The translations under genes and the position numbers were made by a program. A DNA stretch of 64,000 bases from a virus (lineage: Duplodnaviria > Caudoviricetes), in IMG/VR virus record IMGVR_UViG_3300022305_000835, positions 10,240-74,239 of that record; one strand, written 5' to 3'. Numbering within the stretch: the first letter of the stretch is position 1; the number at the start of each line of letters is the position of its first letter. Shown one piece after another: positions 53,316 to 62,863 of this stretch. Below the pieces are notes generated by a model, which made no database searches, was not told where the DNA came from, and saw only the letters and a list, made by a program, of their open reading frames with translations.

Positions 53316-54522
53316 AGCAGTGGATGCATTCCATATGTTTATGTTTGATCCAGATGAGACAGTATTTATCTTACAAGGGTATTCTGGAACGGGTAAAAGT
53401 ACCGTTATTAAAGAGATGATTAATAGTATCCCAGGCTTAACTAACTGGGCAGATTTAGTCAATCCAGAGATTAATGGGTATACCGTTCATTTAACAGCTA
53501 CAACGAACAAAGCAGCAGAAAACTTTAGCGAGATTACTAAGAGACCTGTTAAAACAATTCATTCGTTTTTAGGTCTTTTGGTTAGAACAGATTACAAAAC
53601 AGGAGTCACAACACTCGTTCCTAAAAATAACGAAATACATGAAAACTGTTTAGTATTTATTGATGAAGCTAGCTTCATTGATTCAAAACTATTAGGGTTT
53701 ATCTTCACGAAAGTCCGAAATAGCAAAGTGGTATTTATTGGTGATCCAAACCAGTTAATACAAGTTAAATCACACAATGCCCCTGTGTTTGAAATGAATA
53801 GTCCTAGGGCATGTTTAACTAAGGTAGTTAGACAAGCTGAAGGAAATCCTATTATTGACTTATCAGCTCAATTCTGTGAGACAGTTAATACTGGAGAATT
53901 CTTTCAGTTCAAACCAGATGGACATCACATTGTTAAACTAACACGTGAAGAATTTGACGCAAAGATCTTAGCAGAGTTTTGCCGAGATTCTTGGCGATTC
54001 ACTGATTCTAAGATACTTGCATGGACCAATAAGCGAGCAATTGCTTACAACAATTTAGTGATAAACAATGTCACTGGGGATCCGAAATTTTATGCAGGCG
54101 ATTATGTTATTTGTAATTCATATTTTTCAATTAATGGTAGAAGCTTTAAAACTGATGAAATGGTTTACATCTCAAATGTTGAAGAGCAAGTTACTGACTG
54201 TGGGGTAATAGGATCTAGGTATCAGATTGATGGTCACCGAGTTTTTATGCCTACACACTTGGACGATAAAAAGAATCGGATCAAGAAAGCGAAAGACGAA
54301 GATGACATTACATCTGTTGCTTATATTGCTCAAAATTGGATAGACCTTCGTGCTGTATATGCAAGCACTGTTGCGAAGAGTCAAGGTAGCACATATGATA
54401 GTGTGTTTATCGATTTAGATGATATAGCTAAGTGTAATAATGGAAACGCTATTGCACGTATGCTATATGTGGCTGTATCCCGTGCTAGACACCATGTCTA
54501 TCTTACCGGGGATTTTTGTTAA
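53281..54522 (+). CDS. SF1B DNA helicase (Dda/RecD-like, N4 gp37-like)
   Basis: GYSGTGKS, ATTNKAA, FIDEAS, IGDPNQL, RQAEG, SQGSTY, LYVAVSRA. Confidence 0.93.
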   Translation: MTQVILTKDQTEAVDAFHMFMFDPDETVFILQGYSGTGKSTVIKEMINSIPGLTNWADLVNPEINGYTVHLTATTNKAAENFSEITKRPVKTIHSFLGLLVRTDYKTGVTTLVPKNNEIHENCLVFIDEASFIDSKLLGFIFTKVRNSKVVFIGDPNQLIQVKSHNAPVFEMNSPRACLTKVVRQAEGNPIIDLSAQFCETVNTGEFFQFKPDGHHIVKLTREEFDAKILAEFCRDSWRFTDSKILAWTNKRAIAYNNLVINNVTGDPKFYAGDYVICNSYFSINGRSFKTDEMVYISNVEEQVTDCGVIGSRYQIDGHRVFMPTHLDDKKNRIKKAKDEDDITSVAYIAQNWIDLRAVYASTVAKSQGSTYDSVFIDLDDIAKCNNGNAIARMLYVAVSRARHHVYLTGDFC

Positions 54523-54537
54523 CTCTTAGGAAATTCT

Positions 54538-57126
54538 ATGCGACACATCATTTTTGATGAAACATATGAAGGACCTTATCAAATTGCCCTGCTCATTAAG
54601 AGTGGGGCTTTTGTTAAGCCTGACCTCATAAAATATTATATATCCCCATTAAAAGCATTTGGATTGCCAGCTAATAATGTAATAGCAATGACATTAGATT
54701 ATAACGAAGATGGTAAAGCACCTGCATCTTTTATTAAATCGTATATACAAAAACTATTACATGCATTAGATTCAGTAGGATCAACTATATTATATGTAGC
54801 CGATAGTAGCTACTTTAAAATCCTATCAGGAAAAGTTAAAGCTGATATACATGCTGGCTATATCTTACCTTGTGTTATTAAAGGCTATACTCACATGTCA
54901 GTTGTATATGGCATCAATTACTCTGCTCTTATATATAATCCAGACCTTCAATCTAAATTAGAATCAGGATTAAAAGCAATTGCTGATGTAAATCAAAATT
55001 CTTATATCGAACCAGGAAGTAATATTATTCATTCTGAATATTACCCAAGTTCATTAGAGGATATTCAAATCGCATTAAATCAATTACATCAACACCCAAG
55101 TCTTGCCTGTGATATTGAAACATTCAGCTTGAGATTTAATGAAGCAGGTATTGGTTCTATTGCATTTGCTTGGGATGAACATAATGGTATTGCTTTTGCT
55201 GTAGATTGCTTAGATGGACAGAGATTAGATAATCCACTTATTCATAGCATGCTAAAAGAATTCTTTGAATCCTATCAAGGTGATCTCACGTATCACAACT
55301 CTGCGTTTGATGTAAAAGTTCTTATCTATGTGCTGTGGATGGAGAGTCTATTAGATACTGAAGGTTTATTAACTGGCTTAGATGTTATGACCAAACAAAT
55401 GCATGATACAAAGATCATTGCGTATTTGGCTTCAAATTCAACCGCAGGCAATCATTTAGGATTAAAGCACCTAGCACACGAATTTGCAGGTAACTGGGCT
55501 GTAGAGGACATTAAGGACATCAGAAAGATACCTATAGATAAACTACTTCAATATAACTTAGTAGATGCTATATCAACAATCTTTGTTAAGAAGAAGTATG
55601 AGCCGATTATGATTCATGATAATCAGTTAGCTTTATATTCTGGTTTGATGTTAGATAGTCTTAAAGTTATTATTCAGTTAGAATTAACTGGTATGCCTAT
55701 GTCAGCTATTAAAGTGAGCAAGGCTAAAGAAAAACTTGTAGGAATACAAGAAGACCTTTTAAACCAGATTCATTCCAATACGAGCGTATTAGAGCTAAAT
55801 ACACTGCTTCAAAAAAAAGCTATGGAAACTGCTAATGCAAAACTGAAAACTAAACAACACCCCCTGGAGAAATATGCTGCCATATGTTTTAACCCTAATT
55901 CTAATCAACACCTTCAAGACCTCTTATACAGCACCCTTAAATTGCCTGTTATTGATTTTACTGATTCTAAACAGCCTGCCACTGGAGTAGGAACCGTTGA
56001 AAAATTAATTCATCATGCTATAGAGCAAAACCAGAAAGAGTTACTCGAGGTATTAATTGGGTACTCTAAAGTCACAAAGATTCTTGCTGCATTTATTCCT
56101 TCATTTGAAGCTGCTATTAGTAAAGATGAATCTGATACTGTCTGGCTTCATGGCTCGTTTAATTTAGGTGGCACTGTATCTGGAAGACTCTCAAGTTCAA
56201 AACCCAATCTACAACAGCTTCCTGCTACATCTACATATGGTAAAACAATCAAAGAATGCTTTGTTGCCAAAGATGGGTGGGTAATGGCAGGAGCTGACTT
56301 TAATTCCTTAGAAGATATGATCTCAGCCTTAACTACTAAAGACTCTAACAAACTAAAAGTATATACAGATTCTTATGATGGTCATTGTCTAAGGGCATTC
56401 TCGTATTTTAGAGATAAATGTCCTGATATTGTAGATACTGTTGAGTCTATCAATTCAATGAAGCAAAAGTATCCAGAATTAAGACAAGACTCTAAAGGTC
56501 CTACCTTTGCCCTTACTTATCAAGGTACATGGCATACACTGGTTAATAACTTAGGATTTGACTCAGACGTAGCTAAAGGTATTGAGGCTAATTATCATGC
56601 TCTATACAAAGAGTCTGACGATTATATACAGGGCCGTTTAGAGCAAGCCAGTAAAGATGGATATGTTGATGTAGCCTTTGGTTTAAGGGTAAGAACACCC
56701 TTATTAGGTCAGACTATCTTTGGTGGGCCTAAGATGCCTTATGAGGCTGCAGCTGAAGGACGTACTGCTGGTAATGCTATGGGACAAAGTTTTGGTCTTC
56801 TCAATAATAGAGCTGTATGTGAGTTTATGCAGAAGGTATGGAATTCTCCCTATAGATTAAAAGTGTTACCTATTGCCCTTATTCATGATGCTATTTATTT
56901 ACTTATAAAAGATGAACTTAGTGTAGTTACATGGGTTAATCAAGAATTAATTAAATGTATGCAATGGCAAGAGTTACCTGAAATCATACATGATAGTGTT
57001 AAACTAGGAGCCGAATTGGATGTGTACTATCAGGGATGGCATCAAGCAATCACAATCCCCAATAATGCAACAGGCCAAGAAATCAAGGGGATAGCCCGAA
57101 AGGGTAAAGCATCTTTTAATAAATGA
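54538..57126 (+). CDS. family A DNA polymerase (N4 gp39-like)
   Basis: 3'-5' exo DIET; GGTVSGRLSSSKPNLQQLP, GADFNSLE, RQDSKGPTFALTYQG, IHDAIY; no intein visible. Confidence 0.95.
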   Translation: MRHIIFDETYEGPYQIALLIKSGAFVKPDLIKYYISPLKAFGLPANNVIAMTLDYNEDGKAPASFIKSYIQKLLHALDSVGSTILYVADSSYFKILSGKVKADIHAGYILPCVIKGYTHMSVVYGINYSALIYNPDLQSKLESGLKAIADVNQNSYIEPGSNIIHSEYYPSSLEDIQIALNQLHQHPSLACDIETFSLRFNEAGIGSIAFAWDEHNGIAFAVDCLDGQRLDNPLIHSMLKEFFESYQGDLTYHNSAFDVKVLIYVLWMESLLDTEGLLTGLDVMTKQMHDTKIIAYLASNSTAGNHLGLKHLAHEFAGNWAVEDIKDIRKIPIDKLLQYNLVDAISTIFVKKKYEPIMIHDNQLALYSGLMLDSLKVIIQLELTGMPMSAIKVSKAKEKLVGIQEDLLNQIHSNTSVLELNTLLQKKAMETANAKLKTKQHPLEKYAAICFNPNSNQHLQDLLYSTLKLPVIDFTDSKQPATGVGTVEKLIHHAIEQNQKELLEVLIGYSKVTKILAAFIPSFEAAISKDESDTVWLHGSFNLGGTVSGRLSSSKPNLQQLPATSTYGKTIKECFVAKDGWVMAGADFNSLEDMISALTTKDSNKLKVYTDSYDGHCLRAFSYFRDKCPDIVDTVESINSMKQKYPELRQDSKGPTFALTYQGTWHTLVNNLGFDSDVAKGIEANYHALYKESDDYIQGRLEQASKDGYVDVAFGLRVRTPLLGQTIFGGPKMPYEAAAEGRTAGNAMGQSFGLLNNRAVCEFMQKVWNSPYRLKVLPIALIHDAIYLLIKDELSVVTWVNQELIKCMQWQELPEIIHDSVKLGAELDVYYQGWHQAITIPNNATGQEIKGIARKGKASFNK

Positions 57127-57133
57127 GAAGAGT

Positions 57134-57355
57134 ATGATATATGCAGATACATTGGATCTATCAGCTGCCAGAGCTCAAGCAGAAATTGACAGAGCAGTTG
57201 CAGAGATTCAGAAAAAAGCACAGTACAGTATTATTGGTACAGGTACATGTGAGTGTTGTGAAGCTATTGTAGAACCTGTCTGGATCAATAATCAGACAGA
57301 GAAAGTAGTAGGAAGATGGTGCTCAGTTGAGTGTAGAGACCATGTAGAAGATTAA
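57134..57355 (+). CDS. TraR/DksA-like C4 zinc-finger protein
   Basis: DTLDLSAARAQAEIDRA...CECC...RWCSVECRD. Confidence 0.65.
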   Translation: MIYADTLDLSAARAQAEIDRAVAEIQKKAQYSIIGTGTCECCEAIVEPVWINNQTEKVVGRWCSVECRDHVED

Positions 57356-57373
57356 CAAATGTAGGAGATATGT

Positions 57374-57550
57374 ATGGGTAGAATTAAACAAGCAATAATG
57401 TGGTTAGAAGAAAATGGATATGAGGCTTCAGATGAAAATCTGAAGTTTGTTCCAATTGATCCAGAGATTAAAGCGTCTCCTGATACGATTAAAACATATG
57501 AAGCGGATTTTAATACATATGTTGATTATCGATCTAAGGCACATGATTGA
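57374..57550 (+). CDS. hypothetical protein
   Basis: Own translation MGRIKQAIMWLEENGYEASDEN...; RBS AGGAG. Confidence 0.6.
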   Translation: MGRIKQAIMWLEENGYEASDENLKFVPIDPEIKASPDTIKTYEADFNTYVDYRSKAHD

Positions 57551-57887
57551 GGTAGGTTGTCTTGCATTAGTTATGTACATGGAGTCTAGTATTAGTTCAG
57601 TTACAACCCAAGCATATGTTGCTAGTGTTGTTATTGAAAGAGCTAAACAAGATAAACAAACTATATGTAAGAATATTCATAGGCCAATAAGCTATTCATG
57701 GATGTTTGATGGTAAGAAGACAAGAGTAGATCAGTTATTTTTACACCAAAAATTATATCCTCTAGCCTTAGCTCAATTAAAAAAGCCAAAACTAGTAGGG
57801 TATTATTATTTTAATGAGTGTAGGCTTGGAAAGAGGTTCAAAACCAAGAATAAGATGATTAGGTCTGATACGATGTGTTTTTACTAA
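57543..57887 (+). CDS. SleB/Hydrolase_2-like cell wall hydrolase
   Basis: CLALVMYMES...QAYVASVVIERA...IC...YSW matches the SleB pattern; ATG 57543 preferred. Confidence 0.6.
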   Translation: MIEVGCLALVMYMESSISSVTTQAYVASVVIERAKQDKQTICKNIHRPISYSWMFDGKKTRVDQLFLHQKLYPLALAQLKKPKLVGYYYFNECRLGKRFKTKNKMIRSDTMCFY

Positions 57888-57891
57888 ATAA

Positions 57892-57914
57892 AAGAGGCAT
57901 TTAATATGCCTCTT
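57892..57914. terminator. bidirectional terminator
   Basis: AAGAGGCAT-TTAAT-ATGCCTCTT between convergent genes. Confidence 0.75.
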
Positions 57915-57919
57915 ACTTT

Positions 57920-58369
57920 TTATGGCTTTAAAAACAATTTAGCTTCTGCTGATCGACGACGAGTAAGTCCAGCTAGTGATTTACCATCTGCTTTATCCCA
58001 GCGTAAAAACTGGTGCGATATTTCACCTTTAGTTACGCCTGCATTAAACAGTTTCACTAACGTTGACGTAGCAAAACCCGTTGTTCCAATGTTGTAGCAA
58101 AGACACACAAGCGCATCAAATTCATTCTGTGCCATTGGTGGATGAATTGCTGTATTAACGGCGTGCGTAAATGTCGCTAGTGTTGCTTTTAACAATTCGT
58201 CTGCTTCTGCTTCATCACGTAGTTTGTCGCCTTCTTTGACTTTTGAACCGTTAGCGTAACGTGTTGAACCAATCCCGATAGTCCATATACCAGCGGGGCA
58301 TTTATATGCCTGTAATTTACAACCTTCAAACTCTTTAATTAATGCAATGCCACCATGTTCTATATTCAT
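57920..58369 (-). CDS. endolysin, GH24 (lambda/P22-type annotation 'phage lysozyme')
   Basis: IKEFEGCKLQAYKCPAGIWTIGIG (E-x8-C-x5-T), QNEFDALV, GLTRRRSAE. Confidence 0.92.
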   Translation of the reverse strand: MNIEHGGIALIKEFEGCKLQAYKCPAGIWTIGIGSTRYANGSKVKEGDKLRDEAEADELLKATLATFTHAVNTAIHPPMAQNEFDALVCLCYNIGTTGFATSTLVKLFNAGVTKGEISHQFLRWDKADGKSLAGLTRRRSAEAKLFLKP

Positions 58370-58608
58370 TTCTTTACTCGCAGTAGTAGTATTGTTGATA
58401 ATTTTTGGCTTAGTCTAATCATATCGCTGTCTAGCGTTCTAACCTGGTCTATTAAATCAATTAAAACCGTGTGTGCTTCTTCAAGTATCGGCTTGACTAA
58501 GGTTGTTGCCCAAAGCCACACAGAGTAAACGATATAACCCATGCCCCCAGCCGCAATGATAGGGAATCCGTATTGATTGATATACTTTGCAACTGCCTCA
58601 AACTCCAT
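58366..58608 (-). CDS. holin-like membrane protein (paralog A)
   Basis: 80 aa, GFPIIAAGG TM then coiled coil; abuts endolysin. Confidence 0.6.
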   Translation of the reverse strand: MEFEAVAKYINQYGFPIIAAGGMGYIVYSVWLWATTLVKPILEEAHTVLIDLIDQVRTLDSDMIRLSQKLSTILLLRVKK

Positions 58609-58840
58609 CTGTTTTACTCGGTAAATCTAACGCTTCAGAAAGCAAGTCATCAATCTTTAAAATATCTTGTGACATTGACGTAACGCGACTGTCTAACTGT
58701 TTAATAATTACAATTAACCCTTTGACTTTTTCAAGCACGGATTCAAGTAAAAACTTTTGTGTTAAGTAAACAAAGTACATACCGACGCAAGCCGCAGCTA
58801 TGGGAAAACCTACGTCTGAAACAAATACCAGTAATTCCAT
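58598..58840 (-). CDS. holin-like membrane protein (paralog B)
   Basis: 80 aa, GFPIAAACVG TM then coiled coil. Confidence 0.6.
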   Translation of the reverse strand: MELLVFVSDVGFPIAAACVGMYFVYLTQKFLLESVLEKVKGLIVIIKQLDSRVTSMSQDILKIDDLLSEALDLPSKTDGV

Positions 58841-58851
58841 AGTTTATAGTT

Positions 58852-59031
58852 TTAAAATGTCATACCAATCGAAACATACTGTTTATCCACAAATTCAGGT
58901 AGTTCTGAAATTGTACCTAGAATTCCAGTTTCAGTATCAAAGTATTTTTGTACCACAATACTAGCTATTTCTTCTTCTGATAAGCCCTCGTAAAAATATA
59001 AAGCGTTTGGCATTTTATCTGTTATTTTCAT
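58852..59031 (-). CDS. hypothetical protein (possible tail fibre assembly)
   Basis: Own translation MKITDKMPNALYFYEGLSEEE...; RBS GGAG. Confidence 0.55.
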   Translation of the reverse strand: MKITDKMPNALYFYEGLSEEEIASIVVQKYFDTETGILGTISELPEFVDKQYVSIGMTF

Positions 59032-59032
59032 A

Positions 59033-59758
59033 TTAACTCCAAAATTGAATAAGTTGTAGTTGAGTTATACCAGTCCTGTTGGCGGAAATTCCTGAATACT
59101 TAACCCGTAAAACATCTGTAGCTAGATTGCTTACTGTAGCTGTACTGATTCTATTAGTAGAGATGCTTGTACCCATATTAAATACAGTGGCATCCTGAAA
59201 GTATAAGGTACTGCTAATAGGTACTGATTTTACACCTGAATACTTAACCCGCAAAATATCTGTAACTAGGTTACTTACTGTAGCTGTAAATGGTTTAACT
59301 GCTTTTATTCCCGATATTCTACTTAGTAAAACATCTGTAGCTAGATTACTTACTATAGCTGTATTAATTCTATTAGTAGACATCCCTGTACCACTATTAA
59401 ATACAGAAGCATTTTGTAAGTATAAGGTACTACCAATAGGTACTGATTTTACCTCTGAATACTTAACATTCAAAACATCGGTAACTAGATTACTTACTAT
59501 GGCTGTAAATGGTTTAACTGATTTTACACCTGAATATCTAATCCTTAAAACATCTGTAACTAGATTGCTTACTATGGCTGTATTAATTCTATTAGTAAAC
59601 ATCCCTGTACCCATATTAAATACAGTGGCATTCGTAAATTTAACACTATTCACTTTTGCTGGGGCAACTGGAGAGATTCCCCTAGCAGAGGAAGTAATTA
59701 TATTACTCCCTCTAGGAAACCCAAAGATATATCCAATTACCTCAACTATAGGTATCAT
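59033..59758 (-). CDS. tail-associated protein with 73-aa tandem repeats
   Basis: Repeats NATVFNMGTG...TLYLQ; lies in the tail cassette. Confidence 0.65.
   Translation of the reverse strand: MIPIVEVIGYIFGFPRGSNIITSSARGISPVAPAKVNSVKFTNATVFNMGTGMFTNRINTAIVSNLVTDVLRIRYSGVKSVKPFTAIVSNLVTDVLNVKYSEVKSVPIGSTLYLQNASVFNSGTGMSTNRINTAIVSNLATDVLLSRISGIKAVKPFTATVSNLVTDILRVKYSGVKSVPISSTLYFQDATVFNMGTSISTNRISTATVSNLATDVLRVKYSGISANRTGITQLQLIQFWS
59087..59640. repeat. 219-bp tandem repeat, about 2.5 copies
   Basis: TTAAATACAG at 59178, 59397, 59616; nested sub-repeat ACTTACTATRGCTGT. Confidence 0.9.
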
Positions 59759-61953
59759 GCTGGCATTGCTACCTGACCAAGTGAAATTGTTCCTGTAGGA
59801 TTACCGCCTACTGTAATTCCACCATTAACATTACTGAATACTTTCAATCCAGTATCAACCGATACATAAATACGAGAACCATCAAAGAACGCCAAGCTGT
59901 TAGCAGCAGCAAATATGTTAAGTGTTCCTTGGTCAATCATCAATACGGGTGCGGTTAGTGTAGTAGTAGCCGTTTTGCCTACCGATGTAATAAACCAGTT
60001 ATTTGCTACTGTGGAATTCTTGGGAATCATAACCAATGAGCCTTGACACTTAAACGCAGTTAAAGCTGTACTTGCCGTTAATGCAGATGCTGTACTTACC
60101 GAAGTTGCAGAAATCAATGCACCAGTTCTTAAATTGAACTGTGTTTGGTAGATAGCTCCACTCGTTACTGCTTGCCAAGAAATAGCATTATTACCATCTA
60201 GTATTTGCAAGCTTGCATTAGCTGGAATGCCAGCTGTTTGTAATCCCGTAAATAACGTCGGTGTACCACCAGCAAAAGGAATTTTAATAATTCTAAATGA
60301 AGCTGCTGCTACAGGAATAGGTGTAGCTAAGAAGTTGCCTTCAAAATCAGGTTTAATATCACGAATAGCTTGTGCATCGGGGAGTGTTGGACAAGTGACT
60401 GTTGCAATGGTCGCTGCGGTAATAGCTGTTACTGTACCTGTCGCCGCCTGTGAGTTGAAACGGTATAAGATAGGCGTGAGCGATGCGGCATTGGGTGAAC
60501 AGATGACCGTACCACCATTGATACCAATTGCGCTATACCCAACAGAGCTAAATGTTACAAGCGTACTATCATCTGCTGTATCTAAACGTGATAGCGAAAT
60601 GCCTACTGTACTTGATGTAAAATATACATAACGCTCACCATCGAATTCAATATCCATATAACCACCACCTGTAGCAACAGTACTCACTGTTTTTGTGTCT
60701 AGTCTAAATCTTACAACTGAACTGCCGCCCGATAGAATGGCGTAGATTGATGCTCCTGTATAACATACAGCATCAGGTCGTCCACCAAATAGGTACACCT
60801 CGTTAGTCCACGATGTATTAGCAAACCACGCTGTATTATCAGTAGTTGCTGTCTTATGATGATTGTTTAATAACCAATGTGGTCTATCTGTACCATTGCC
60901 AGCTGCGTTACCATCACTATCACATGGGATGGTTATTTTGTTCATGTTTAGACCAATTGGTGCTAACACTTTCAAACCAAAGATTTGCCCGTAGTTGGTA
61001 ATAGTAGTCGCGTAGTCAGAGATAGGTTTAACAGGTAGTGTTAGTCTTCGGGTAGAATCCCAACCATTAGATATAAACTTATTTGCGCTGTTTCCTAGGT
61101 ACCAAATAAATGCGTTTACTGTAGTGGCTAACCAGTTTGGCATAAATGTAGCACCGTAATCACCGCCCCACCCTTTTGCAGCATTTATACCTGTGTACCC
61201 TTGTCTGGTTTTTGGCATAGAGATTAGCGGGTAATCACCTGAGTTTAGTGGTTTACCTGAACCACCAGCAGTTTGTGCGCCAAGACACCATAGGGTCGAT
61301 GATACCCAGCCAAAGCAAGGATAATTGGCAGCGGCTGTATCCATGACATCTTCACGAGCTGTTTCAAAAATCCCTGCCCATAACGATGATTCATTGTTTA
61401 TATAGGAATGTAAGACACCCCAGCGAGGCGCAAAGTTGATGATGAAATCGCACGATGTTAAGTTAAACCCGATTGGTGCAGAATCCATATAAGTATAGGC
61501 TTCATTCACACCAGTATGACTAGTAACTGCAACTGGACTTGCTGCATTGTAGTTGGATGGACTATCCCAGTATTCAACACATGAAATATTAACAGTTAGT
61601 CGTTTTAAATTGTATCGAATGACTGCGTTTTTATATGTCACTGCGTCTTTATTGATACATCTAAAGACTTGCGTATAAATTGGTGATTGCGTCCCAGCTG
61701 TATTATCTTGACCACCCCAGAATGAATCGAACAATGTCCAACCACTATCTGTCTGTGGCGTAACCCCAGATGCAGCTGTAAATGTAACCCCGCCTAACGC
61801 ACCAGCTTGACCAACAGTAGTATCTGTGATTGCATCAGCAATAGTGTTAGCAAAAGTCATAAAGGGGGTTAAATTCCCAGCCCCTGAAGTTGGTGTAAAT
61901 TGAGTTGATACTTGTATGGTGGACTGCCCAATATATTTTGCGGTAATTGTCAT
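59755..61953 (-). CDS. tail fibre / receptor-binding protein, beta-propeller-like C-terminal half
   Basis: 732 aa, Thr/Ala/Gly-rich, YMDIEFDGERYVY, FFDGSRIYV blades; tail cassette. Confidence 0.6.
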   Translation of the reverse strand: MTITAKYIGQSTIQVSTQFTPTSGAGNLTPFMTFANTIADAITDTTVGQAGALGGVTFTAASGVTPQTDSGWTLFDSFWGGQDNTAGTQSPIYTQVFRCINKDAVTYKNAVIRYNLKRLTVNISCVEYWDSPSNYNAASPVAVTSHTGVNEAYTYMDSAPIGFNLTSCDFIINFAPRWGVLHSYINNESSLWAGIFETAREDVMDTAAANYPCFGWVSSTLWCLGAQTAGGSGKPLNSGDYPLISMPKTRQGYTGINAAKGWGGDYGATFMPNWLATTVNAFIWYLGNSANKFISNGWDSTRRLTLPVKPISDYATTITNYGQIFGLKVLAPIGLNMNKITIPCDSDGNAAGNGTDRPHWLLNNHHKTATTDNTAWFANTSWTNEVYLFGGRPDAVCYTGASIYAILSGGSSVVRFRLDTKTVSTVATGGGYMDIEFDGERYVYFTSSTVGISLSRLDTADDSTLVTFSSVGYSAIGINGGTVICSPNAASLTPILYRFNSQAATGTVTAITAATIATVTCPTLPDAQAIRDIKPDFEGNFLATPIPVAAASFRIIKIPFAGGTPTLFTGLQTAGIPANASLQILDGNNAISWQAVTSGAIYQTQFNLRTGALISATSVSTASALTASTALTAFKCQGSLVMIPKNSTVANNWFITSVGKTATTTLTAPVLMIDQGTLNIFAAANSLAFFDGSRIYVSVDTGLKVFSNVNGGITVGGNPTGTISLGQVAMPA

Positions 61954-62348
61954 GAATTATACTCCAGTGTTAAAGTTAAGTTTTCGCCGCCAGTAGTTAA
62001 CAAATCCACAGTCATAAAATCGGCTGGGGACATTGATAAGTTAAAAGTCTCGGTTATTGATTTGTAAGAATTAGCGGGTAAAGTAATTAACTCTGCCACG
62101 ACTGCATTTATATTGATTTGAATTGTAACATCATAAGCAGACCTTGCGCCTATGCTTATAAAACCAGTTGTAATATTAACTGCTGCTGAAGGGTACCACC
62201 TGACTTTGCCTAATGTTGGTACTAGGTTTCCAAATAAGTTAAATAATCTAGATGTTTTAACAGATGCTCCAGCTGCACCAGTTTCATCGCCGAAAGGCAA
62301 CTCTCTTATTACCCCATCAATAATAACTAAAGGTCTTCTTATCGCCAT
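61950..62348 (-). CDS. virion structural protein
   Basis: MAIRRPLVIIDGVIRELPFGD N-terminus typical of phage fibre modules. Confidence 0.6.
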   Translation of the reverse strand: MAIRRPLVIIDGVIRELPFGDETGAAGASVKTSRLFNLFGNLVPTLGKVRWYPSAAVNITTGFISIGARSAYDVTIQININAVVAELITLPANSYKSITETFNLSMSPADFMTVDLLTTGGENLTLTLEYNS

Positions 62349-62349
62349 T

Positions 62350-62862
62350 TTAGGCTAATACGATTGAAGGAAGACTTTGAAAGTTCAAGTTAGTTGCTGA
62401 GGTAGCAAATCCAACTATTTGGACAATGTTACCCGATGTACTTGGTGCTGCTGAAGTTGCTGTACCTGCTGTAGTAGCTAAGAATTGCTTACCAGGAGTT
62501 AAACCAGTTACGGAAGTGTTATTACCTTCAAAGTAAACTTGAGCATTAGTAGCAGCGGTAAACGCCGACAACACAAAACCATTAGCCTCTTTACCTACGA
62601 CTGTTGCATCTGCTTTTCTTACATTAGCTACACCTACGTTACTCCAGATATTAACTAAGTTACCTGCTGATATGTTTTCTGATGCAAGAATGCTAGCTGT
62701 ATCAGCACCGATACCCGAAGGCATGAATGATGAATCTAATTGACCAGATGCGTTTAATACAGGAACTTTATCAGCATCCGTTGCACCAGTTGAAGTTTGA
62801 ATGCCTACAGCTACTTCTGTAATTTGTCCTGCAATAGTTTTTAAAAACTTTGGAATTGCCAT
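62350..62862 (-). CDS. virion structural protein (cement/decoration-like)
   Basis: DADKVPVLNASGQLD, ASENISAGNLVN, KEANGFVL, VQIVGFATSAT. Confidence 0.65.
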   Translation of the reverse strand: MAIPKFLKTIAGQITEVAVGIQTSTGATDADKVPVLNASGQLDSSFMPSGIGADTASILASENISAGNLVNIWSNVGVANVRKADATVVGKEANGFVLSAFTAATNAQVYFEGNNTSVTGLTPGKQFLATTAGTATSAAPSTSGNIVQIVGFATSATNLNFQSLPSIVLA

Positions 62863-62863
62863 T

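Noticed and set aside
54538-57126. Intein or intron in DNA polymerase, terminase or RNAP genes
   Set aside because: Lengths match uninterrupted N4-type proteins; no splicing or homing endonuclease motifs seen
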